Shown here one piece after another: positions 28,077 to 37,800 of a stretch of DNA of 64,000 nt. The position numbers and the translations under genes were made by a program. Under the pieces are notes generated by a model. The model searched no databases. It had not been told where the DNA came from and worked only from the letters and a program-made list of their open reading frames with translations. Numbering within the stretch: position 1 is the stretch's first letter; each line of letters begins with the position of its first letter. Location of the stretch: contig NZ_MWQY01000018.1 of assembly GCF_002087085.1 (NCBI RefSeq), positions 1-64,000 on the forward strand, in the 5' to 3' direction.

Positions 28077-29918
28077 ATGCCGGAAGTACCATTAATTGAG
28101 CTTAAAAATATCAATCTTGACTACGGAGACATTCCCGCCCTCCGTGACATTAACCTGTCCCTGCTGCCCGGAGAAGTGCACGGAATCGTGGGAGAACACG
28201 GTGCAGGCAAATCATCCCTGGGAAAAGTAATCAGTGGAGTAATCCGCCCTCAATCCGGTACTCTCTTATATAAAGGAAAACACTACGGAAACACATCTTT
28301 AAAAGAGGTAATGAAGCTCGGCATTCAGATGGTGTATCAGCATACACCGCTCATAGAAGATTTTACGGTGATAAAAAACCTGTATTTTGCTCATCAGCCT
28401 TCCGCTTTTTTTCGACGCCGCCAGCTGAATACCATCGCCGAAGAAGTGGATACCATAAAGAAAAAATATGGAATATCGATCGATACCAGTGCCCGGGTCC
28501 AGGACTTGAACCTGTCGGATAAAGCCGTGGTTGATATCATCAAACACGTCATATCCAGGCCCAGCCTGCTGATCCTTGACGAAGCGCTGGAAAAAATCGA
28601 AACAAAAAACCTGGGGCCGGTTATTGAACTCCTTCATGCCTTGAAAGACAATGGAATGTCGATTTTATTTATTACCCATCGAATCGATGATCTTTTTGAG
28701 TTTGCCGACCGGGTCAGCATTATACGAAACGGAACCGTTCTTCTAAGTGAGTATGTATACAATATAGATAAAATAAACCTCATCCGTATGACATATACGC
28801 AGATCAATAAAAAGAAATACCCGGGGGTATACAGCCAGGAATTCTATCGTCTGTTAAAGTATAATGAAGCCATTTTACGCAAATTGCCCATTAACCTTAT
28901 AGTGATCGATACGAAGGAACATGTCCGCCTCGTAAACGAGTACTGTAAGGAGTATTTCGGCATTGACGACAATGCAAATATCGAATTGACCCTCGATCAG
29001 ATCATCGACCGGGGATCAGAATCTTTTCGCTCATCCATGCAAAGCGCACTCAAAAAGCGAAAAGAGGAAGTCTTCTATCATCTTCCTCTTAGAATAGGAA
29101 ATCGCGAAATCGTAACAAACCTGCGTGTTCTTCCCATCTTTGATAAAACCTCATTTATCGGTTCCATTATAATAATTGAAGATATAACTGAATACGATAA
29201 GCTGCAGAAGCAATATGTCTTATCGGAAAAACTGGCCTCCGTCGGACTGCTGTCTGCCGGAGTTGCTCACGAAATCAACAATCCCCTTGAAATAATGCTC
29301 AATCAACTCAACTATATCAAGCTTTCTTTCCAGAACCAGGAACTCATCAGTCTGATTGATGATGTTAAAGAGGAAGTTACATTCATCGCAAAGATCGTAC
29401 GAAATCTGCTCTCCTTTACTGATAACCGAAAAGTTGAGGAAGACAACATAGAAATAAATCATCTTATAAACGAGGTGATACGTTTTGTACGATTTTCCGC
29501 CAAAAAGCGCTCTGTTCAGATAAGTGTGCATAATGCCCGGGATCCTCTTTATATCAAAGCGAATGCTGATGAGATACGACAGGTCTTTCTCAACCTCCTG
29601 AAAAACAGCTTCGAGGCAATGCCCGGAGGCGGAAAAATCAATATCAAGATCCAGTTTACAGAAATTAACGATAAGCACTATATTGAGGTGCGCCATTGTG
29701 ATACCGGCCATGGGATTCAGACAGAAAACCCGGATGATATTTTTCTTCCCTTCTTTTCCACAAAAGAGAGTAATGGATTAAATAACGGCCTGGGGCTTTC
29801 CGTCAGCTATGGAATCGTAAGCAAATATAATGGAATAATACAGGCGGAAAATGATCCCAATGGAGGTTGCATCTTTGTCATAAGATTACCGCTCCAACAA
29901 CCCGATGCAAAGGAGTAA
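28077..29918 (+). CDS. Soluble sensor kinase: sugar-ABC ATPase domain, PAS, HisKA, HATPase
   Basis: Walker A GEHGAGKS, Q-loop MVYQ, Walker B LLILDE, H-loop FITH; PAS-like LIVID..VN; H-box AHEINNPL, N-box NLLKNS, DTGHGI, PFFSTK, GLGL; no TM segment. Confidence 0.9.
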   Translation: MPEVPLIELKNINLDYGDIPALRDINLSLLPGEVHGIVGEHGAGKSSLGKVISGVIRPQSGTLLYKGKHYGNTSLKEVMKLGIQMVYQHTPLIEDFTVIKNLYFAHQPSAFFRRRQLNTIAEEVDTIKKKYGISIDTSARVQDLNLSDKAVVDIIKHVISRPSLLILDEALEKIETKNLGPVIELLHALKDNGMSILFITHRIDDLFEFADRVSIIRNGTVLLSEYVYNIDKINLIRMTYTQINKKKYPGVYSQEFYRLLKYNEAILRKLPINLIVIDTKEHVRLVNEYCKEYFGIDDNANIELTLDQIIDRGSESFRSSMQSALKKRKEEVFYHLPLRIGNREIVTNLRVLPIFDKTSFIGSIIIIEDITEYDKLQKQYVLSEKLASVGLLSAGVAHEINNPLEIMLNQLNYIKLSFQNQELISLIDDVKEEVTFIAKIVRNLLSFTDNRKVEEDNIEINHLINEVIRFVRFSAKKRSVQISVHNARDPLYIKANADEIRQVFLNLLKNSFEAMPGGGKINIKIQFTEINDKHYIEVRHCDTGHGIQTENPDDIFLPFFSTKESNGLNNGLGLSVSYGIVSKYNGIIQAENDPNGGCIFVIRLPLQQPDAKE

Positions 29919-29921
29919 AGG

Positions 29922-31073
29922 ATGCAGCACTCCGAACTCTCAGCCGAAACCCTCAGCTTCATGAAGAACCTCGGATTCCCCAGGCTCAAGGTACATCACT
30001 CCTATAACCACTTCGATTTTACCGAAGGGGCACGCAGGATTCTTGTAATCGGACCCATGGGTTCGGGAAAAACGGAATTCTCCGCCCGGGTATGGCGGGA
30101 CGCCCGTATAGCCAGGCAGAAATCCGGCGCCGTGGCGGAGCAGACAACCAGCGGAAGGGCGGACCGTCGTATCGTCTATTTTGTCCGTTCCGTAATGGAC
30201 AAACTGCGCTTCCCAGACTATCCCGCCGACGCCCTGGCCTATCGCGGCGGCTACGAACGCTGCGGCGAGAATATCTGCTATATATCCAACTCCTTCGAAC
30301 TGGAACAGGCCATTCACGACCACCCGGACGCGGGAACCTGGATTGTCGATGAAGCGAGTTTCTACGATGAGCGGACCGCCTACGTCGTCAAGGAGGCCTC
30401 GCTGCGGAACGATCTCGTCTTTATATTCCCCACCCTGGTGCTGAATTTCCGGCGGGACATATTCAACCGGACGACCCAGTTCCTGCTGGAAAACTGCACG
30501 GATATCTTTCCCCTGACAGCCTACTGTGAACACCCGGACTGTATCGAAGACTCCTTTTACACCTACCGCTATTACCGGATCGACGGAGAGGAGTGCCCCG
30601 CCCTCTACTTTGATCCCCTGATCGTCATCGGCGGGGATACAACGAAGGACGATCCCCGCCAGCCCAACTACTGCACCCGTTGCGACCGGCACCACTACCT
30701 GCCGGGGAAGGAGTACACCTATCTGGTGCTGAAACCCCTGGGAGAGAGTGCTTCCCGGGGTGATCTTGCACCCCTCCGCCGGGAACTTGAACTGATCAAA
30801 TCGGATATTACCCGATCCCGGCTGCACAGCCACCTGGAGAACCGTTTTCTTCAGGGAGAATCCCCGGAACCGGTTAATCTGAATGCCCTGAAGGTCCCCT
30901 GTATCGCCGAAAAGGCGCTGATCTTCCTCTTTGCCGAACAGAACCTGATCTCAGAAGACCAGATGCGCCTCCTGGTCGGGGAACTGGATCTCGACCGGGA
31001 ATACATGCAGCAGACCCTCCGGGACAACGGCCGTCCCCTGGACCTGGATCAGTTTACCCTCTCCTTCAAGTGA
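29922..31073 (+). CDS. tdk: Thymidine kinase (long form with C-terminal extension)
   Basis: GPMGSGKT, VDEASF, zinc-type motifs YCEHPDC and CTRCDRHH. Confidence 0.85.
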   Translation: MQHSELSAETLSFMKNLGFPRLKVHHSYNHFDFTEGARRILVIGPMGSGKTEFSARVWRDARIARQKSGAVAEQTTSGRADRRIVYFVRSVMDKLRFPDYPADALAYRGGYERCGENICYISNSFELEQAIHDHPDAGTWIVDEASFYDERTAYVVKEASLRNDLVFIFPTLVLNFRRDIFNRTTQFLLENCTDIFPLTAYCEHPDCIEDSFYTYRYYRIDGEECPALYFDPLIVIGGDTTKDDPRQPNYCTRCDRHHYLPGKEYTYLVLKPLGESASRGDLAPLRRELELIKSDITRSRLHSHLENRFLQGESPEPVNLNALKVPCIAEKALIFLFAEQNLISEDQMRLLVGELDLDREYMQQTLRDNGRPLDLDQFTLSFK

Positions 31074-31082
31074 GGTTTTAGG

Positions 31083-31673
31083 ATGATAATCAACAGCGCC
31101 CTGTTTTTGACAGCCCTGATCAACCCCATCAGCAAGATAGCTGTAATTTCCATGCTGCCGGAATCGGCCAGCATGAAAGACGTGGAAAAGATTGCCCTGA
31201 GATCCAGCCTGGTGGCCTTCGCGATGCTGATCGTCTTTGCCCTGGGGGGAAACCTGCTTTTTAAATCGGTATTCCATATCGAGCTCTATTCCTTCCAGAG
31301 CGTCGGGGGATTCGTCGTTTTCTTTTACGGTTTCATGGCCCTCAGGCAGGGGGTTTTCTTTGAGGTCTCCTCACAGCAGAAGCTTCTTGACCTCTCCATC
31401 GTCCCCATTGCGAGTCCCCTGATTGCAGGACCCGCGACAATAACCGCAGTGATTACACTCTCCGCCGAGCATCATATCAGTACGGTTATCATCGCCCTTG
31501 CACTGGCCCTGGGCCTGAATCTGGCGGCAATGCTGCTTTCGCGGGTCATAGCAAAGCCGCTTATCAAGTTCAATGTGATGGGCGCCCTGATCCGGATCAC
31601 CGGTCTTTTTGTCGCCTCCATCGGAGTCGACATGATGTTCACGGGAATCCGCTCATTCGTTCAAACGCTGTAG
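31083..31673 (+). CDS. MarC family membrane protein
   Basis: INP, VPIASPLIAGPATI, RITGLFV. Confidence 0.9.
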   Translation: MIINSALFLTALINPISKIAVISMLPESASMKDVEKIALRSSLVAFAMLIVFALGGNLLFKSVFHIELYSFQSVGGFVVFFYGFMALRQGVFFEVSSQQKLLDLSIVPIASPLIAGPATITAVITLSAEHHISTVIIALALALGLNLAAMLLSRVIAKPLIKFNVMGALIRITGLFVASIGVDMMFTGIRSFVQTL

Positions 31674-31674
31674 A

Positions 31675-33870
31675 TCAGTCCAGGCGGGCGAGTTTCTTCA
31701 ATACCCCCCGCAGGGATCTCCATCCTTTTACATGATACTTCGCCTTCGACAGGGTCATTCCAACCTTTATTGAATATGCCGTATCGGGCACAACATCGAA
31801 GAGGTCCTCATCCGTGTAGTCGTCTCCCACGGCGAAGATAAAATCAAACTCCTCTCCCCGGAGCCACTCGGAAGCTGCTATACCCTTGTTTACGAAGGAA
31901 TCCTTTACCTCAAGGACCTTGTTGCCGTCCAGCAGCCCGATATTCATGTTCTCGATAACCGAATAGAGGGAATCCTTCAGTTCCCCGACCCTCAAGGCCG
32001 CCAGATCCGGTTCGCAGCGGCGGTAATGCCAGGCCAGGGAGAACTCCTTCTCCTCGATAAAGGAACCGGGAGTACGGTCGGTATAGCTTTCCAGAATGGG
32101 ACGGATGCCTTCCTTCCATTCGGTGGAGAAAAGCTCCGCTTTTTCCCACTCCCTGCCCTTCATCTTGACCCAGCTTCCGTGACCTGCAGCCATTTCTATG
32201 GGAACTCCGCTGAAGAAGCTTTCCAGGTCCTTCGGTTCCCGACCGCTTATAACAACGACCCTGTTTCCCCTGGACTTGCAGAGGGCCGAGACAATATCAA
32301 GAAGTTCCGCGTCGGGGCGGGCCTTTTCCGGCTTGTCCCGGAAACCCACCAGGGTACCGTCGTAATCGAGAAAAAATATGGCTTTCCTGGACTTTTCATA
32401 GTCCGCCAGCATTTTCGATTCCACGGAATCGATCATGTTCCTCGCCGATTGGGAACGCTGGTATTCATGGACCTCTTCCAGTTTCCTGACGAAGTCCCTG
32501 GCCCAGAAACGGACGTTATAGCGGGAAATCCTTCGCTTCATGATGGAATTCTGCCGTTTCTGATCCTCCACGTCCATCTTCAGTCCGGTATCGATGGCAT
32601 CGGCGATACCCTGCAGGTCGTTCGGATTGATCATCAGCGACTCACCCAACTCGTGGACGGCACCGGCGGTTTCGCTGAGAATCAGGACACCCGTATCGTC
32701 CCTGCGGGCCGCCAGGTACTCCTTGGCAATCAGGTTCATCCCGTCCCGCAGGGCTGTAACCAGAAGCAGGTCAGCCTCCATGTATAGGGCGGTCAGGTCT
32801 TCAAAGGAGAAGGAGCGGTAAAAGAAATGAATCGGCGTCCAGCCCAGGCTGCCGTGCCGTCCATTGGTTGCGCTTACCAGTTCCCGGATCTCCTTCAGGA
32901 GGTCCTGATACTCCTCAACTTCGGTACGGGAGGGAGCGACTATCAGGAAAAGTTCCACCTTTTCATGATATTCCGGGTGCTGGTCCAGAAAAAGGGCGAA
33001 GCTTTTTATGCGCTCCGGGATTCCCTTGGTGTAGTCCAGCCGGTCCACCGAAAGGATTGTCCTCTTTCCCGACAGTTCCCGCTTTACCTCGGCATGAGCG
33101 GAGATAACCTCCGGTGTATTGTCCGCCTGATTGTACTTTTCGTAATCGATCCCCATGGGAAAGACATCCGCCCGCACAAGCCGCTGCCCCGCGGTCAGAT
33201 ATCCAAGACTGAACTCGTAGCCCAGAAGCCTGCGGGCGCTGGAGATAAAGTGGCGCACGTAGTCATAGGTATGAAAACCCAGCAGGTCCGAACCCATCAG
33301 GCCCTCCATGATCTCCTCACGCCAGGGCATCAGACGCATGATTTCGTAGGAAGGAAAGGGAATATGCAGAAAAAAGCCCACAAGGGCTTCGGGAAACTCC
33401 TCGCGGATCATCTGTGGCAGCAGCATGAGCTGGTAATCATGGACCCAGATTGTATCTCCCGGTTCAATATATGGTTTGAGCTCTTCAAAAAAAAGCCGGT
33501 TCACCCGGAAATAGGCCTCCCACTGGTCGGTATGGTAGTGGGCCCGGTTGGGAAAGTAGTGGAACAGGGGCCAGATGGCCTCGTTGCAGAAGCCTAGGTA
33601 GAAATCTTCAAAGTCCTTCCTGGACAATTGAAAGGGTACGCAGCTCTCCTCCCGCATCAGGAGGCGCTTCAGCTCCTCCGCGTCGGAACCGGATACATCC
33701 TCCTCGTGGAGGCCGCTCCATCCCACCCAGAGGCTTCCGCCTTCGTTGTGAACGGAACTCAGTCCCGTTGCCAGCCCGCCGATACTGCGGGTAAAACTGT
33801 ACTCTCCGCTTTCGGGATTACGATTAATCGTTACCGGAAGCCGGTTTGATACATAGATAATTTTTGCCAT
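31675..33870 (-). CDS. otsAB: Bifunctional trehalose-6-phosphate synthase/phosphatase
   Basis: VSNRLP, WPLFHY, WVHDYQL, DRLDYTKG, RDGMNL; HAD DYDGTL and GDDYTDED; SD GAGGAG before ATG 33870. Confidence 0.93.
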   Translation of the reverse strand: MAKIIYVSNRLPVTINRNPESGEYSFTRSIGGLATGLSSVHNEGGSLWVGWSGLHEEDVSGSDAEELKRLLMREESCVPFQLSRKDFEDFYLGFCNEAIWPLFHYFPNRAHYHTDQWEAYFRVNRLFFEELKPYIEPGDTIWVHDYQLMLLPQMIREEFPEALVGFFLHIPFPSYEIMRLMPWREEIMEGLMGSDLLGFHTYDYVRHFISSARRLLGYEFSLGYLTAGQRLVRADVFPMGIDYEKYNQADNTPEVISAHAEVKRELSGKRTILSVDRLDYTKGIPERIKSFALFLDQHPEYHEKVELFLIVAPSRTEVEEYQDLLKEIRELVSATNGRHGSLGWTPIHFFYRSFSFEDLTALYMEADLLLVTALRDGMNLIAKEYLAARRDDTGVLILSETAGAVHELGESLMINPNDLQGIADAIDTGLKMDVEDQKRQNSIMKRRISRYNVRFWARDFVRKLEEVHEYQRSQSARNMIDSVESKMLADYEKSRKAIFFLDYDGTLVGFRDKPEKARPDAELLDIVSALCKSRGNRVVVISGREPKDLESFFSGVPIEMAAGHGSWVKMKGREWEKAELFSTEWKEGIRPILESYTDRTPGSFIEEKEFSLAWHYRRCEPDLAALRVGELKDSLYSVIENMNIGLLDGNKVLEVKDSFVNKGIAASEWLRGEEFDFIFAVGDDYTDEDLFDVVPDTAYSIKVGMTLSKAKYHVKGWRSLRGVLKKLARLD

Positions 33871-33880
33871 ATACTCCTCG

Positions 33881-34783
33881 TTATATCGTCGTAACCGGCT
33901 CCCGGGTAAGGATGTACTCACGCATCAGCTTCGCCGCCCCGGAAGGCAGGGAGGCGCCGAGGCTGACAATTCCGAGCTCCCTGTCGGGCAGGGCCGGTTC
34001 TGTATTAATAATAAACAGCTCCCCTGCGGAAACTGCCCGTTGAATACTCATCTCTTCCACGTGGGCAATGCCGAATCCTATCTTTGCAAACTCCTCCAGC
34101 AGATCCATGCTCTCGAGTTCTATGGCGGGAACGACCTTTATTCCCCGGGACTGAAGAAAGTGATCCAGCAGCTTGCGGGTGGTACTTTCACCGTTCAAAA
34201 GGAGCAGGGGATATTCCGCCAGGTTCTCGATTCTGCAGCGCCCGCCCCGCAGTTCTTCAAAACGCCGGGAGGCCACAAAGACATCCCTGACCCTTCGGAA
34301 GGGCTGTATCGTATACTGCCCCGATCCTGCAGGAAGGGAGACTATACCGAAATCGATGCTGCCGTTTTTCAGCAGAGAGAGGATTCCGGAGCTTGTCCGG
34401 TTCTTTACCTGGATCCTGATCCCCGGATACTCCTCGGCAAAGCTCTTGAAGATGGGGATCAGATGATAGCGGCAGATGGTATCCCCCACGCCGATTCTCA
34501 CCTCCCCGGAATCAAAGCCCGCCATCTCCTTGAGACTCCGCTCACCGGCGGAAAAATTGAGGATACCCTGGGAAATATGACGGAACAGGACCTCTCCCTC
34601 ATGACTGAGGCGTATGCGCCTTCCGTCCCGCAGGAACAGGGGAGTCCCGAGCCGGGATTCCAGGTTCTTGATCGCCTGGCTTACCGCCGACTGGGTAATG
34701 TGCAGTTCCTCCGCACCTTTGGTAAAACTGCCCGCACCGGCGACACGATGGAAGATTTTATATAGTTCGTAATCGATATCCAT
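33881..34783 (-). CDS. LysR family transcriptional regulator
   Basis: SFTKGAEELHITQSAVSQAIKNLE HTH plus a substrate-binding domain. Confidence 0.95.
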   Translation of the reverse strand: MDIDYELYKIFHRVAGAGSFTKGAEELHITQSAVSQAIKNLESRLGTPLFLRDGRRIRLSHEGEVLFRHISQGILNFSAGERSLKEMAGFDSGEVRIGVGDTICRYHLIPIFKSFAEEYPGIRIQVKNRTSSGILSLLKNGSIDFGIVSLPAGSGQYTIQPFRRVRDVFVASRRFEELRGGRCRIENLAEYPLLLLNGESTTRKLLDHFLQSRGIKVVPAIELESMDLLEEFAKIGFGIAHVEEMSIQRAVSAGELFIINTEPALPDRELGIVSLGASLPSGAAKLMREYILTREPVTTI

Positions 34784-34880
34784 TAGTATAACTTATCTTA
34801 TAAATAAATAACATTAATTTTACTAAAGTTCAAGATTCCGCTATCATGAGCGCATAGTCCAGATTATGCAGGAGGCCCCC

Positions 34881-37800
34881 ATGGTCCGACGGGTTTACGT
34901 CGAAAAATTGTCCCCCTTTGCCCACGAGGCGCAGCACACCCTCAAAGAGATTTCCGGGAGCCTCGGAATCAGGGGAATCCACGCCGCCCGTCTGCTTCAC
35001 CGTTACGATATCGACGGCCTCTCGGAACCGGAGTTCCGATCCGCTGCGGAGACAATTCTGGCTGAGGCTCCGGTGGACAGGGTCCATTACGAGCTTCCCG
35101 TCTTGAGCCCGAAAGACCATGTCCTCGCCATCGAAGCCCTGCCCGGGCAGTATGACCAGCGGGCGGACTCCGCCACCCAGGCGATTCAGCTGATGACCCA
35201 CGCTGCTCCGCCGGCGGTCAGCGCTGCCGGGGTCTGGATCTTCACCGGCGACATCTCCCCTGAGAATATGACGGCCATCCGGGAGTACCTGATAAACCCC
35301 GTGGAGTCCCGGGAGGCTTCCCTTGATCTGCCGGAATCCCTGGAACTGAAAGCCCCGGAACCTGCTCAGATCCCCCTGGTGGACGGCCTGATGGATGCCG
35401 ACGGAGAGACCCTGAGGAACATCATGAACCGTTACGGCCTTGCCATGTCGGAGGCCGACCTGGCCCTCTGCCGGGACTACTTCCGTAACACGGAGAAGCG
35501 GAACCCCACCGAGACGGAACTGAAGGTACTGGACACCTACTGGTCCGACCATTGCCGGCACACAACCTTCCTGACCAGTCTGGAAGAAATCAGTTTCGAA
35601 GACAATCCAATATCCCGGCGCATCGAAGCCACCTACCGGGAATACCTGGAACTGAAGAAGCTCTGCTCCCCCAAAAAGCCGGTATCCCTTATGGACCTGG
35701 CGGTAATCGTCATGAAGGAGTTCCGGGGAGACGGCAGGCTGGAGGATCTGGAGGTCTCGGAAGAGATAAACGCCTGCAGCATCCGGGTGGAGGCCCGGGT
35801 GAACGGCAAACCCGAGCCCTGGCTAGTGATGTTCAAGAACGAGACCCACAACCACCCCACGGAGATCGAACCCTTCGGCGGGGCCGCCACCTGCCTGGGC
35901 GGGGCAATCAGGGACCCCCTCTCCGGCCGCTCCTATGTCTACCAGGCCATGCGCGTCAGCGGAGCGGGAGACCCCGGGACAGCCCTTGCGGACACTCTGC
36001 CGGGAAAACTTCCCCAGCGGAGCATCTGCACCACAGCGGCCCGGGGCTACAGCTCCTACGGCAACCAGATCGGGATAGCCACCGGGAAGGTCCACGAGTT
36101 CTATCATCCCGGTTACATCGCCAAGCGCATGGAGATCGGAGCGGTTATCGGCGCAGCCCCGGAACGCAACGTCAGCCGTCTTGAACCGGCCCCGGGAGAC
36201 CTGATCCTCCTGGTAGGCGGCAGGACCGGTCGGGACGGCATCGGCGGGGCCACCGGCTCATCACGGGAGCACTCCCAGGATTCCCTGGCAAGCTGTGGTG
36301 CGGAGGTCCAGAAGGGCAATCCCCCCACGGAGCGCAAACTGCAGCGCCTCTTCCGGGATCAGGAATTCTCCCGGCGCATCAAGCGCTGCAACGACTTTGG
36401 CGCGGGAGGGGTTGCCGTCGCCGTGGGAGAACTGGCCCCGGGACTGGAGATAAACCTGGACGCGGTCCCCAAGAAATATGCCGGTCTGGACGGCACGGAG
36501 CTCGCTATCTCCGAGTCCCAGGAACGCATGGCCCTGGTAATCGAGGCCGGGGACCTGGATTATTTTATCCGACGGGCAGCGGAGGAGAACCTCGAGGCCA
36601 CAAGGATCGCCGAGGTTACCGACTCCGGGCGTCTCGTGATGCGCTGGAACGGCAGTACCGTCGTCGATCTTTCCCGGGACTTTCTTGACACCAACGGAGC
36701 GGAACAGCAGAGCAGTGCTTGTATCGAAGGGCCCCTGACTGAGGAACCTCCCTTCGATCTCGATAAGCGGTCCCGCAGCTTTTCTGAACAGCTCCTCTCT
36801 GTTCTTTCCGGGCTGGACTCTGCCGGCCAGGAGGGGCTCGGCCAGCTCTTCGACTCCACCATCGGGGCTGGCAGCCTCCTGATGCCCTTCGGCGGAAGGA
36901 CCCAGACCAGCCCCTCCGACGGTATGGCGGCCCTCCTCCCCCTGGAGGAAGGTGAAACGGACACGGCCACCCTGATGAGCTTCGGCTTCGACCCCAGGAT
37001 CAGCTCCTGGAGCCCCTATCACGGAGCCGTCTACGCGGTACTGCAGAGCGTCGCCCGCATTACCGCCATGGGGGGAGACTACCGCAGAACCCGGCTTACC
37101 CTGCAGGAGTATTTCGAACGGCTGGGGAAGGACCCGAAGCGCTGGGGAAAACCCCTGGCGGCCCTTCTTGGTGCTTTCCACGCCCAGCGCGCCCTGGGAA
37201 CACCCGCCATCGGAGGCAAAGACAGCATGTCCGGCTCCTTCGAAGAGCTCGACGTTCCCCCGACCCTTGTCTCCTTTGCAGTCGCCCCCGTCACGGCGGA
37301 GCGGGTAATTTCCCAGGAGCTCAAGGTGGCCGGCAGTACGCTGCTTCTGTTGAGCATTCCCCGGGACGACGATTACCTGCCGGACCTGAAAATCGCGGCG
37401 GAAACCTACGGCAGGATTCACGCAGCGGAACCCGGAATTATCCGCAGCGCCAGAAGCATTGGGGCCGGAGGTATCGCAGCTGCCCTTGCGGAGATGGCCT
37501 TCGGCAACGAACTGGGCGTGGAGATCGACGGAAGCGTCGCGCGGGAGGACCTCTTCCGCCTGGAATACGGCAGCATAATCCTGGAGGTATCCACGGACAG
37601 CCCATGGCGGGAGCTTTTCCAGGGTCTCCCCTGCCGGGAAATCGGCCGGGTAATCGCCGGGGGAGAACTCAGGTTCGGAACGGAGGTTCTGCCCCTCGAC
37701 ACCGCTCTGGAGGCCTGGAGGAATCCCCTCCTCAAGGTATTCCCTATCGCCCCTTCGCCGGCGGAAGCATCAGGGAAGGTGGAAGTCCGCGGGGAGAAGA

